DNA from: Octopus sinensis
Taxonomy: Eukaryota
DNA: 64,000 nt
Direction: 5' to 3'
Assembly (NCBI RefSeq): GCF_006345805.1
Contig: NC_042999.1
Coordinates: 164,858,001 to 164,922,000 of the forward strand
Under the pieces are notes generated by a model. The model searched no databases, was not told the origin of the DNA, and saw nothing but the letters and a program-made list of their open reading frames with translations. This document shows, in pieces, positions 27,510 through 40,084 of the stretch (the first letter of the stretch is position 1; the number at the start of each line of letters is the position of its first letter). A program made the position numbers and the translations under genes.

Positions 27510-28020
27510 CATATACATCCTCCTATCACACCCCCACGCACATATACAAACATGCATATCTGTATAAATGAAGGTGACTTGTGCATAAAAGTTTCCCATA
27601 TGTCAACTTCTTTTAATTTTTTAATTTATATATATATTTTTCATTTTTTCTTTTTTCCTTTTTAACTCTGTGAATGAAAACACATATGTGCGTGTGTGTG
27701 GATATGTGTATATGTATGAGTACGTACATGCACATATACATTTTTGTGTGCATGTCCATATACATGTTTGTGTGAGTGTCTACTTATGTAGACCTTATGA
27801 ACGCAGGAGGTTTATGTCTACGTATTGTGAGAATATTGGTTACCTGCATTTTTTAATCTTTTTTCTACCTATTAGAGTAACTTCCCTTTTATTCAACGCT
27901 TTTTCATGTTTATTGCCATTAATAACTGGCGAGAATACATCGTAGCTTTTCGGTCCGACTTTCGAAACCCTGAGTACTATAATAACAACTTACTGTTTGT
28001 TTTAAATTATAATACATATA

Positions 28021-28575
28021 TGGTGGCTGCCCCCTCGTTATCGAGTATGGCCATTGCACGAAGCTTAATCAATGTTGTTATCGTGCAATGCCTTTGCAAG
28101 AAATTTTTTTTAAAGTGAGGAAAGGCTGTACACTGAGCCAATCCCACTCACTAAGCAACAGCAGCCGTAATCCGAAAAGAAGAACAAGTCAACATCATCG
28201 GTAACCACTGAGCCGCAGGTTTTATGTCGGAGTTATCACAGTTACCCGAGTTACCTTCTCCTAGAAGGATGCCCTAACAAAGGCTAGGAGTCTTTCACTT
28301 CCAATGATTTTACCGCGCGATCGGGTATTCAGTTCGATTATTTCTATGTCCCCACGCATGATACAGCCTTAAGACATTTATTGGATGGCTGTTGACTCTC
28401 AAGAGTTCCTCTGCCCTTTGACGGGTTTTGTTTTTCATTCAGCAGAGTGTCCAATAAACACCCTCCTCACCAAGCAAGCTTGGTGGGGTTGCCGGTTTAG
28501 TCGCTGACGACCCGACGATGCAACAGGTTATACTGGGTTACATGTTACCAGTAGCACTCGAAAGTGATCTGACAG
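28021..28575 (-). mobile_element. Probable RTE-derived non-autonomous element
   Basis: GC-richer block between microsatellites; the minus strand has gggcatccttctaggagaaggtaactc, resembling the conserved RTE 5'-UTR motif. Confidence 0.45.
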
Positions 28576-28592
28576 TATAATACATATAAATG

Positions 28593-28659
<67 letters not shown>

Positions 28660-28729
28660 TGTGTGTGTGTGTGTTTGTGTGTGTGCGTGTGTGTATATAT
28701 GACAGTATAATACATAATACACACACTAA

Positions 28730-31645
28730 TGCTGGGTACTCCCAGAAAAATCTCTTTTGTTAAAAACGTAATTGGTAAAAACTAAAATGATAAACCCTCT
28801 AAAGCATCCATCATTAGTAAGGCTCCGTCATATAAACAAATTAGAGGTTCTAGAGTTAGTTCTTGAAACGGAGGTAGAGTAAATAGATCCAATAAAAGCA
28901 CAGATACAACCAGTATAAATACAAATGAGGTTAAGATCATAAAACAAAAAGAAAGTAATCGCACCGATAAAAATTCAGTTAGAGAAAACCCTACCGATAG
29001 GAGTGACACAAATAATAAAATAATGCATAAACGTAAGAACTGTAGATTACGCAACTATATATGGCATGAAATACCATGTAGCAGTTAGAGGAAAATTATG
29101 CAAGAAAATATTTTCAATCATATCAAATAACTTTCCATCCACTCATAAATATAGTAGTATTCTATCCACTAAAACTATTAGAATCTCATATTCGACTCTA
29201 CCTAATAATAATAAAAAAAGCTAGATTAAGAGCAAACAATAATAATCACTCAAACCCCAATAATCCAAGAACTAATAATGGTAGTAACCAAATTAATAAC
29301 AATAACTAAGTTATCATTCCTACAACTATAGTGTCTAACCACCGGATTAACAACTTAGAGATAACTGATAGTAGTTCCTTAAATAATGACTTTAGTATTG
29401 ATAACAACAGTGGCTATATTAATAATAGTAACAATAACTATAATAATAATAATAGCAAAAACAGTAATTACTATAGTAACAATCATGTTAGTAATAACAT
29501 TGTAGTAACAGCACTAATCATAATGATTGCGATAATATTATGCCCCTGAACCCTACTCCTATATCGAATCACAGTGTAACGGATGACCCGATAAACCCAG
29601 ACCCAACACGGATTAGTGGCACACCCTATAATACTGCCACGTTAAATGAAGCTACTACTACTACTAATAATAGAATAACTCGGTCCACCCCAAATAATAA
29701 CTGCGAAAATAATTATACTAATCACAATATCAATATAATTGATAATAATGGTGATATGGATAATAGATCTAGCATCAGTACTAACAGTAGAAGGAATAGA
29801 GGTAGGAAAACTTTGAACAGCACCAATAGAGATAATAACAATAATAATAACGACAGTGTAGGCATAGTCTCTATCTACCCTAGTAGTAGCCAGGATAACA
29901 ACCCTATCGAAATTTACCCTCCACATGCAAAAAACGGACGGTCTGGAAATTATAATTCCGGGTGCAATTGTGTAACAACAACATGTCCTTTACGTGGAAA
30001 CTGTCTAGCAAAAAACATAGTCTACTATTGTGAAATAATTACGGAATCAAATACTCTCACCTACATTGGTTGTTCATCCGCCTGGAAATCTAGGTTCTAT
30101 AACCATCGGTCGTCCTTTAGACTCAAACATTAGGCTAGTAGCACTTCCTTATCGCGTAGGATATGGGAACTTAAAGACAAAAATATCAACTTTAATCTTA
30201 GATGGTCCATAGTTGGATCGGCAGCGACTTATAAAAATAATAGAACTGGTTGCCAATTATGTTCCTTAGAACTCTTGAAAATCATTAGATTCCCTGATAA
30301 AGACAAGCTGGTTAATAAAAGATCGGAATTCAAACCAACTTGTATGCATAAATTGACTAAAACCTTTAAATACTATAATCCTTAAGTCTCCATTATCTAC
30401 TTTAATCCCTTCATGATCTTCTCACATTGGAATTTTCATCATCTGCTCCCTCCTGCCACTATTTAGGTATTGGATTAACAACTCCTAGTTTTACCCCCAA
30501 CTACTTACTTATTCGGTTTACTTTCGCCTAACTAAATTCTGACCCCATATAGTATGCACGTATTAATCAGAGAACTTTCATACTTATTTATACAGAACAT
30601 AGATAAATAATCTAGTCATTGACTCTATAATTTAGAATATCACTACCAGCCAACACTAATAGCTTCATTAATGTTTATTATAATATTATACTAGTAATAA
30701 TGGGTAAATAGGAACCTAGAGTTTTTTAACTTCATACACTTCCTTAACAATCAAAATAGGAGTATAATTTACACAAGTGGATAATCTTGAAATCTCTCCA
30801 ATCAATATATATTTTCCCAATCACTATATTATTACGATTATTATAATTTTTTCTTTGTATTTTATCTTTAACTTCCATCTTAATATTCATTTCAGCTTAT
30901 TTTTTATTTTATATTTTTATCTTTTATTCTTTACATTTTCACTTTGCTCTTTACCTCTTTGTAACCTATTATTATTATTTATCTTTTTATGTATCATGTC
31001 AGATATCTTTTGAACATCTCCAAATATATTTGATGGATTTTGATATATTATTGATATATTACTGATACATTCTTGATATCTTACAACATCTTTCTGATAT
31101 CACCAGTTCAAGCTGTCAGTATTTTACTACTTCTAATCCCCTTTCACTATTACGTTTTTAAAAAAAACGATCCTTGTAAAACTCTAATTTTTTTAATGAT
31201 TCTGACATAGCTCTATTCCTATAGAAACTTATACCTCTATACCAATTACTTCATTTATTGTTCATTTGCTACTCCCTACTACTCCCTTTTATCACTTATA
31301 TGTATATTTATTTCTTTTATTTCTTTCCTTTTAATTAATTCCCTTTACTAATAATCCATCACTCCAACTTGTAGTTACTTAATGACAGGCCTATTAGAAA
31401 TGTCATAGATAGATAAAAAAAAACCCTTTTAAAAAAAAAACTTTAAAAAACTTTTAAATATATGGAACTCAATCTATGGAGAAAAGTATATTAAATTATA
31501 ACTGTTATGTACTCAAAAACAAGATATACACTTATAAAATGTAATGTATGTGTTTATACACTTGGATGGAAGTGTGTGAATGTATGTGAATACTATACAT
31601 GGAGATATATATATATATATATGTATACATATGTATGTGTATGTA

Positions 31646-31683
<38 letters not shown>

Positions 31684-32840
31684 GTGTGTGTGTGGTGTGT
31701 GTGTGTGTGTGTATGTATGTATGTGTGTGCATGTGTGTGTATGTGTGTGTGTGTATATATATCTATATCTGTACATATGCTTGTATGTGTGTGCATGTGT
31801 GTGTGTGTATATATCTATATCTGTACATATGCTTAAGGATAGGTGGATATAGTAGTGTATGTGTATGTTTACTAGGGTTTAACTGTAGATATGTGTGGAG
31901 ATGTATATGTAAATCCATGTATTTAATGCTGTGCATAATGAGGCATACTTGTATACGCTCGAGCATGTTAGCTTATATATATGTGTATAAGTGCGTGTAT
32001 ACACACACATATACATATACTATAAACTTATAAAGCAAGTAATTTTTAGGTACGAGCTTGTGTAAACTGACCATTCATCATAACGATATCAAATTACAAC
32101 CTCAATCAGTATTTCAGCGAGTGGTCAGTGGTCGAAATTAAGAAGTTATCTATGACCACTACCATCCCATCAAAGCCAAAATCTTATTCTCAGCCCTTTA
32201 GTATCTTATCTCTTTATCTCTTACTCTACTTTTTATTCTTAATTCTTTGGTTTTTATCTTTTTTGTTACTTTATTCTTATTTGGCTAATTCTTATTTATA
32301 TGTGGATCTAACTTTATTATCCTTATTTTTACTTTTATTATTTTTGCTTTTTATTATTCTTGTCTTTTGCTTCCATTGTCTTTTACTTCCATTACTCTTA
32401 CTCTTTATTTCTTATTTTTTATTTTTTAACTTTTATTTTTTCTCTCTATTTTTATCTTTCTATCTTATTGTCCTTCCTATCTTATACAAGAGAATTAAAT
32501 ATAAACTCATTCCAATCTATTTAACATTCACTCTATGCTGATTGGGATTCAGTATGGGCAGATTTTTCGAAATCCAATGAATCTTTATACATTTATACAG
32601 TTAAGAAATTTTACAAATACACTTTTTCAAGGAGATATGATAAACCTGTTATAATGGGTAATACTATATGTACTTTTCATATTTTTTATATTGTGATGTA
32701 ATCTTTGGACTAACAATCTTTGCGGGTGAAGAAAACTTTAAACCATATTTTATATCAATAATACACTGATGTAATAACGGATTGTTTATAAAGCTTGAAA
32801 CACGTGTACCGCGATACCCTTTGTGTTCTGTTTTTAATTT
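28730..32840 (+). mobile_element. Penelope-like element (Neptune-type), 5'-truncated: linker, Asn-rich insert, GIY-YIG (29950-30385) and long 3' region
   Basis: Linker NNFPSTHKYSSILSTKTIRISYSTLPN (~29130-29205). GCNCVTTTCPLRGNCLAKNIVYYCEI...YIGCSSAWKSRFYNHRSSFR; one in-frame stop at 30131; then TSLSRRIWELK...CQLCSLE...LVNKRSEFKPTCMHK. Degenerate ctgatg...gaaacacgtgta hammerhead-like motif at 32766-32808. Confidence 0.88.
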
Positions 32841-33315
32841 ATATTTGATATATATATAGGGTGCGGTGAATAAAAGGAAATGTAATAAAATAATAGTACA
32901 GATAAAACAGAAAAAGAATAATTATGCGTATACAACATATACAACTAACTAAGGCTTTTCGGCTATTGGACATAGTCAGATAGCACAAAGGAGAAATGGA
33001 AAAAGTCCCAAGGGACAGAGCGAGAGGCCCAGACAAACGTGAGCGGACTGGTCCAAAGGCAGAGCGAAAAAGAACGACACTACCGATGGGAAGAGAGGGG
33101 ACGAGTTGTAGAGGGCAGAAGGATTGAAGAACGAAAGAGAATAATAGAGAGGAAAACAGAGATGAAGAGAGAAAAGGTACAAGGGAAGTAAGGAAAGAGA
33201 CAGTGTAAGAGTCGCATAATAAATATTCAAAGAATATTTTTACAATTAAGAAAACAAATAGGGAGTGCACAATATTTACATTCGACGGATATTTGTCCTC
33301 AACTTGTTTGTTGTT

Positions 33316-33359
33316 AACACAACGTTTCAGCTGATATACCCTCTAGCCTTCTTCAGGTG
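33316..33359 (-). ncRNA. Minimal Penelope-type hammerhead motif (partner copy on + strand at 35329-35370)
   Basis: Two-copy consensus ACAC-CUGAAGA-A-GGCUG(gaggguauau)CAGCC-GAAA-CG-UU-GUGU; each copy carries private mutations. Confidence 0.65.
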
Positions 33360-33435
33360 CTTTGCGGAAATTTCGAACCTGGGTTCTCATTCCTAAGGTA
33401 TTTTTCGATGTTATTATTATTATTACAATTATTAT

Positions 33436-34062
33436 TCAGTAGTTTTATTTCTATAGCGTGCTTTCACTTCACTACCGAGCGCAGCTCTGTGTGCCTTGGG
33501 TATGTGTTGTGATTTGTTGTGATGCTCTGATGGTTATTGTATTGAAAGTGTTTTGCGTAGGATGTGTGCAGTGCCTAGTAGTGCAATTTTCTGTATGTTG
33601 TATATATTTGTAAGTCCTGGTGTTTTTGTTATGTATTTGTCTGAATATTTTTTTATCATACCTAATGCGCCTACTATGATAGTGATTGTTTCTGTTTTTA
33701 GATTCCACATTCGAGTTACCTCTATTTCCAGGTCTTTGTATTTTGAAAGTTTCTCCATTTCTTTTAGAGATACGTTGTCATCTGCTGGTATTGATACATC
33801 AATTAGAAAGCATTTTTTTCCTTCATGATCTCTGACAACTATATCTGGCCTGTTGTCCTTAATTTCTCTATCTGTGTGTATTGGCATATCCCAGAGTATG
33901 GTTGCTTTCTCGTTTTCTGTGACCTTTTCTGGTGTGTGCTTATACCATCTTTTTTCTGTTGTTATTCCATAATGTTGGCATAGCTTCCAGTGTATGTAGG
34001 TCCCAACTCTGTCGTGTCTGTGAATATATTCCTTCTTAGCCAGGACTGGGCAGCCAGAGATA
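33436..34062 (-). mobile_element. R4/Dong-like LINE 3' fragment with open RLE endonuclease frame and (TAA)n tail
   Basis: IISGCPVLAKKEYIHRHD (zinc-knuckle end), ILWDMPIHTDREIKDNRPDIVVRD, LIDVSIP, EKLSKYKDL, IVGALG, IQKIALLGTAHILRK. Confidence 0.93.
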
Positions 34063-34087
34063 ATATAATTTGATAATAATAATATGA

Positions 34088-34119
<32 letters not shown>

Positions 34120-34120
<1 letters not shown>

Positions 34121-34482
34121 TATGTTTGACTTTTGCTTTATGTCTGTACAAGTTGGCTTCAAGTCTCACCCAGAGACCTCAAGAGACAACAGGTTGGAAG
34201 TTCTGTGCCATATATTTGGGTTTTTTTTGATTTTTTGGTGTTGTACTAGTGAATGTCTAATACATAAAAAAAAGAAAAAAAAGTTTGTTTTAAACCTTGG
34301 GATTACATAGAGAGTATTTTGCGTAGGATATGAGCAGTTCCCATGAGCACTATCTTTTGAATTTCTGCCATTTTGGGGTTTCCTGGTATCTGAGTTAGGT
34401 AGCAATCAGTCCCTTTCGCTATCATTCCCAGGGCACCTATGACAACAGGTATTGTTTTAGTCTTCAACTTCCACATTTTGCT
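34120..34482 (-). mobile_element. Second R4/Dong-like family, short 3' fragment with (TAA)n tail
   Basis: SKMWKLKTKTIPVVIGALG...IQKIVLMGTAHILRKILSM followed by a distinct 3' UTR. Confidence 0.9.
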
Positions 34483-34499
34483 GTTATTATTATTATTAG

Positions 34500-35051
34500 T
34501 AGTATTGAGTGAGAGAGCAGTGCATGCCATCAAAGTGACACTGGGGTAAAATATACGAAGCCCAGTATACCCATCATGACTACCAGTCTCACTAGGCACA
34601 TGCATCACAACCATATGTGCGCGACATGGTTATCTCATATCAAGATAAACAGCACATGACCTTGAAGGTGGGAATCAGTTAGAATTTTCTTCAGGTTGAG
34701 TAGCCCATCCCGCTCAAACGGTCCCTGAATAAGGGTTGTTTAAGGATGTTGAAAGAACCACCCATGTTTCCAGAGGTGAACTATTCAAACCCCAAAGAAT
34801 CCCTCTCAACACATGGCTATGATGCTCCCCCACTACTTCTGCTCGTAAACAGAGATGCACATATCATCAGCCACTAAGGGACATGCTCAACTGGTTATGG
34901 TCAAACAACTGACAAGCAAATCTGTGGTATTGAGCAGAATATTTGCTGTAGCCCATCTTTTATACCAAGACAAAACAATGTACATGATAACACTTCCAAT
35001 CATTTAAGATCAGAAGCCAAGAGAGCCACTGCCTGGTACTGCATCAGGGCA
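34500..35051 (-). mobile_element. ~550-bp non-coding element bounded by (TAA)n on both sides; probable non-autonomous TAA-targeting retroelement (strand inferred)
   Basis: Complex sequence sharply delimited by TTA tracts inside the nested cluster; no convincing ORF. Confidence 0.55.
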
Positions 35052-35599
35052 ATTATTATTATCATTATTATTATTATTGTTGTTGTTGTTGTTGTTGTTG
35101 TTGGTATTATTATTATTATTATTATTGTTCAGATCACTGCTTGGAATCGAACTTGGAATCTTGGAGTTAGTAGCCCACCCTCTTAACCCCAAGATTCCGA
35201 GTTCGATTCCAAGCAGTGACCTGAACAACAACAACAGCAACAACAACAACAACAACATTAATAATAATGATGATAATAACATCGAAAAATACCTTAGGAA
35301 TGAGAACCCAGGTTCGAAATTTTCCCAAGACACCTGAAGAAGGCTGGAGGGTATATCAACCGAAATGTGTTAACAACAAACAAGATGAGGGCAATTATCC
35401 GGCGAATGTAAATAATGTACATAATTCCTCATCTCTTAAATATAGAACTGAAATAGGGAGTGCACTGCGTTACATAAGTATTTCAAGGATTGAACAGAAA
35501 GAACAGAGCAAAGGGAAAAATTTGACGAAAACATAACCAAAGGAAAATTAATAGAAAACATAACAAACGGAGTTCAAGAGATGTAATCGCAAAAGGCCA

Positions 35600-35945
35600 G
35601 AGCGCCTACACCAGGACAATGCGCCAGTTTAGAATTCCATCTTGGTAACCAACTACTTGACAGGTTTGAGCATAAAAACTGTCCCTCCCCACAGTCTAGA
35701 GCTGGTTCCCAGTAACCTTTGGCTGTTCCCAATGCTGAAAGAGAAGAAGGAGCCTGCGACAAGTATCCTGGGCACCCTCACTTTGGAAAACTTATACAGG
35801 GCGTTCACGAAGAGTCTGGGCGCTATAACAAGTGCAATGAAGTCAGAGGATCCTACATTGAAGGATATTAGCGTTTTGTACTTCTTTGAAATAAATAAAT
35901 GTCTTTCCTGAAAAACCCTGGAAATTCCTGCGATGTACATTGTAC
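35600..35945 (+). pseudogene. Degenerate mariner 3' fragment
   Basis: QDNAPV.NSILVTNYLTGLSIKTVPPHSLELVPSNLWLFPMLK (cf. HQDNAP.H...HPPYSPDLAP.DFWLFP.LK). Confidence 0.75.
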
Positions 35946-36047
35946 CAGTCAAGTTCGGTGGTCGATTTAATCGATAACATATCCTTTCACAGCCTTTCTG
36001 TGAATTTGTAGCTTTCTGCAAAAGTTAGAAATAATTATTATTTTGTC

Positions 36048-36270
36048 TAAGGCAGTGTGCTGGCAGAATCGTTAGAACGTCGGACAAAATACCATCGGTG
36101 TCTCTTCCTACACCTTACGTTCTGAGTTCAAATGTCGCTGGGAGTCAAATTCACTTTCTGTCCCTCTGGGGATTGATAAAATAAGTACCAGTCAAGTACT
36201 TGGATCGATGGAGTCAACTAAGTCTCTCCTTGAAAAATGATGGCCTGCTGCTTAAATCAGAATAATTTAT
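36048..36270 (+). mobile_element. SINE family B, preceded by a partial copy at ~35940-36035
   Basis: aaggcagtgtgctggcagaatcgttag...ttctgagttcaaat...gataaaataagtaccag. Confidence 0.8.
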
Positions 36271-37902
36271 TACGATAACTGCCATGTCTCCAAAATATTG
36301 TCTTGGAATTTGCATGTTTGTACTACATCCTTAAAAATAATGCCTTTTTCTTGCCACTCCACAGCCTTTTTTTTATTTGTGGCTAAATTTGCGAATCGAT
36401 TTCTTTTAGCGCCAGACCACGAAGAAATATTTGCGAATGAAAGGAGGCAAAGGAAATCAGGTTTTATAAAGCAAACTGCTTCTTTATGTATTTGACAGAT
36501 TTTCGTGTTGTGATAGCATTTTGCTTTAAATTTTGCCTTGTCAGAAATCTTAGCTGGAAATCTGTGAGTGTCTGTGTATATATTTGTATAACGTATATGC
36601 ATAACATCCGAATAACGACTAGCTATTTATACACTAATCGATATATAATATTGATTATGAAGATATCAAGTTTAATAAACAAACAAAAGCTGTATCATTT
36701 AATTGGTGCAAATTAATTAGGAGCCCCAAAGAAGTCTCATATTGCATAAAGATTTTTCAACTAAAATCAAATTATTGATTATCATTCTTACTTTCGTAGA
36801 AGGGGCGGTACTGGTGGGAGTGCTGTTGGTGGAATCTGAAGACTTCATGTAATAATGGTTACTATCTCACATTTATGTATGTGCGTGTGGTAGACAATTA
36901 TATCGATTCCAGTACTTGATTGGTACTTATTTTGTTGACATCCGTATGAAAGACAAGAAAAGTTGATCCTCAGTAGGAACTGACATCAAAACGCAAGGGA
37001 ACATAGCTAATTAGTACAAAACGTTATATCCAGCTCGCTAATGATTCTATCAATCTACTATCCTAATTTCATGTTCTGCTCAGGTTATGATTCGGTCTAT
37101 TGACTCGACAGTAGCATATTAGCGATTTTTATTTAATCTGATTCAAATCTTATGATAGCAATATCGATCCCTTGTAAAAAGTATGGACCATCAAACTAAA
37201 GAATATAGTCCAAACTGTTTCATCTCCCAAATTCTGTATCAAATTCTTATCATTTACATGAAAATATTGGCAATTTTTTCCCGTTAACTATAAAAACCTA
37301 TATATTTTAACTGGGATACTCAAATGGAATACTCAAAAGATTAATTATGTCAGAAGTGCAGTTGGGATTTAAAATCCCTTGCTCACAAGACAAGGATGAT
37401 GCCTGTACGTTGAAATAACAGCTATATTCTTCAGATTACAAATTACTACCCTAAAAAAGAAATAATTGAATAAAGTAGTTGTAGATATACTTCACTTCAG
37501 CAACTATATACGTGCTGTTGGCGATTTGTTTTCGTTCTTTGGATTTCTCCCTTTCTCCTTGCCGACGAAGCGCTATGCTCGAAACGTCAGAAACTCTCTC
37601 TTTTTGCTGGGCGTCACACTAATACACTCCTTGTGTACGTCCTCTTGTTGTCTTATCGTTAATTTTAGTATTCGTTTATTTGAATTGTAGATATACTACG
37701 CCTGAATAAAAGATAGTCACTGATGAAATGTCCTGATCATAAGCAGCAGGATAAGCGAGGTGTTAAATCGGCACACGAGTTTGGGGCCCAGACAGACAAG
37801 GAGGAATCTAATCGGTCGGTAAGAATGTTCGTAGCGTTTTTCAATTCGTGATCTTTAACCATGTAATCTGTGTTATCATGTGACATGAACATATGACATA
37901 TA

Positions 37903-40060
37903 TCTCTATATTATAATTCTGAAATGCAAAAAGTTTGTTTGTCTGGTTTTGGGCATTAGAACGGGTTAAAGGGCACTAGATCCCGTCGGATCGACTCAAA
38001 AATTTACAGGGACATGTAAAATGAGGTGAGGATTTGAGTGGGCTAGGTTAGAAATCCCCATCTTAAAAGGTGTCGTTGCTAAGGCCAAAAACGCACACTT
38101 TGACAAGTCTACTCTCATTCTTTTATGTGTCTGTCTTTCTCCATCTCTCACTCTCTTTCCTCCCTTCCTTTCACCTTCTCTCTATAACGTCGTTTCACAG
38201 CGTCTACCTCCCTTCCCTTCACTTTCTCTCTATAACGTCGTTTCACAGCGTCTACCTCCCTTCCCTTCACTTTCTCTCTATAACGTTATAGAGAGAAAGT
38301 GAAAGGAAGGGAGAAAGTAATAATGAGTGAATGTAGAATAACGACGAAGGTTTAAAAAGCGTAAAAATATTTTCTTTCTCAACTTACTCAAGATCTTTTG
38401 TTGTTTATAAATGGGAGAGAGATAGATAGAGAAAGATAGAGAGTAAGAGAAAACAAGGGAAAGTCTACTATCTTTTCCCCGCCGCCTTCACCAGCACTGT
38501 CACACTCTCTCTTTCTATATCTGTCTGCATTCATAGAGAGAATTATCATCCCCACAACCACCACCACCACAATCATGAGAACAAATATTATGAATAAGAT
38601 ATTTATTGGGTTAATTTATATATATGTGTGTGTGCGTGTGTTCTATATATAAATATGTATATATAATGTATAGGCGCAGGAGTGGCTGTGTGGTAAGTAG
38701 CTTGCTAACCAACCACATGGTTCTGGGTTCAGTCCCACTGCGTGGCATCTTGGGCAAGCGTCTTCTGCTATAGCCCGGGCCGACCAATGCCTTGTGAGTG
38801 GATTTGGTAGACGGAAACTGAAAGAAGCCTGTCGTATATATGTATATATATATATGTATGTGTGTGTGTTTGTGTGTATGTGTTTGTCTCCCTAGCATTG
38901 CTTGACAACGGATGCTGGTGTGTTTACGTCCCCGTCACTTAGCGGTTCAGCAAAAAGTGACCGATAGAATAAGTACTGGGCTTACAAAAAGAATAAGTCC
39001 CGGAATCGTGTTGCTCGACTAAAGGCGGTGCTCCAGCATGGCCGCAGTCAAATGACTAAGAAAACGGCGGTGCATCAGCATGGCCGCAGCTCTGAGCTGA
39101 AACTAGAAAAAAAAATACAAAGTGTATATATCTGTATTTATATATATGTATACAATTTGTATACATTTATATATATAATGCGTACACACACACACACCAC
39201 ACACACACACACACATATATATATAATGTGTGCATTATGTTGTCGGTTGAGCTGAAAATATGCACACCTATGTTAAAAGTGCTGCCGAGTTTGCATGGCA
39301 ACTATGTTTTTCCTCAAATGAAAGGCGTAACCTGGAGGACAAAATTCATCATCTTATAAAATGTGGCCCGAGTAGACCTGAATGAAATCGGGTTATATTA
39401 ACCAAAATGGGCCTGGAAGGGGATTAAAATTTACAGGAGCGGGTGTTTAGGAATTCTCTGTTACATCAAGCTAAAAAAATTGCGTCACCCTTTAAATCGT
39501 CAATGTGTTGCCGTCCATGATGAAGAAGTTTTGAATGCTTGCATTGATGAGTCTACTGTCGTGAGAAAGAATCACTTCAAAACTTGGTGTTTAGGAATTT
39601 TCTAAATTTTAGGTTGCTGTCCGTCGTTAAGAAATGCCAGCCATGGTGACTCTACTATCCTCAGATTCTATCCCTTCAAACTTTGGTTTCCAATATTTTT
39701 TTTATTTGTATTCAGCTCGCAAGCTCGTCTGTCCCTTTTAAATGTTAGTGTTTTGCTGTCTGCCTTGAAGCAGACCTTTCCGTTATCACTGCCTGATATT
39801 TATGATTGATCTTTCAAAATATATTCTTTCTCAACTTACTCAAGATCTTTTGTTGTTTATAAATGGGAGAGAGATAGATAAAGATAGAAAGAGAAAGCGA
39901 GGGAGAGTCCGAGAGAAAGGAAGATTAAGAGAGTGGGAAAGTGAGAGAGAAAGGAGAGAGAAACAAAGAGGGTGAATGTGGCGATAAAAAACAGAAAGGA
40001 AGCAACAGAAAGTAACAACCACACTCTTACCCGCGCGTAGAGCGGGTCACCTTAAGCTAG
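37903..40060 (+). mobile_element. Non-autonomous Helitron with nested SINE
   Basis: 5' A|TCTCTATATTATAA; 3' hairpin ACCCGC-gcgtaga-GCGGGT (40029-40047) then CTAG|T at 40057-40061; internal direct repeat 38372-38440 / 39824-39890. Confidence 0.8.
38671..39105 (+). mobile_element. SINE family A, full length with duplicated 3' end
   Basis: Near-identical to 5478-5880. Confidence 0.92.
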
Positions 40061-40084
40061 TATATATATATATATATATTCTGA

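Larger units (their letters stand above)
33271..35450. mobile_element. Fold-back insertion of a tRNA-headed, hammerhead-bearing short element with nested insertions; 15-bp TSD
   Basis: aaatagggagtgcac at 33256-33270 and 35451-35465; 33271-33415 is the reverse complement of ~35275-35420; tRNA-like hairpin at 35122-35228. Confidence 0.85.

Noticed and set aside
30131-30133. In-frame stop in the GIY-YIG as programmed recoding (selenocysteine, as in some Naiad PLEs)
   Set aside because: The codon is TAG, not TGA, and the element has other disablements; most likely a simple nonsense mutation.
35122-35228. Possible genuine tRNA gene
   Set aside because: The 5' acceptor and D-arm part is missing, and it is embedded in a repeat as an inverted duplicate; treated as a tRNA-derived head.
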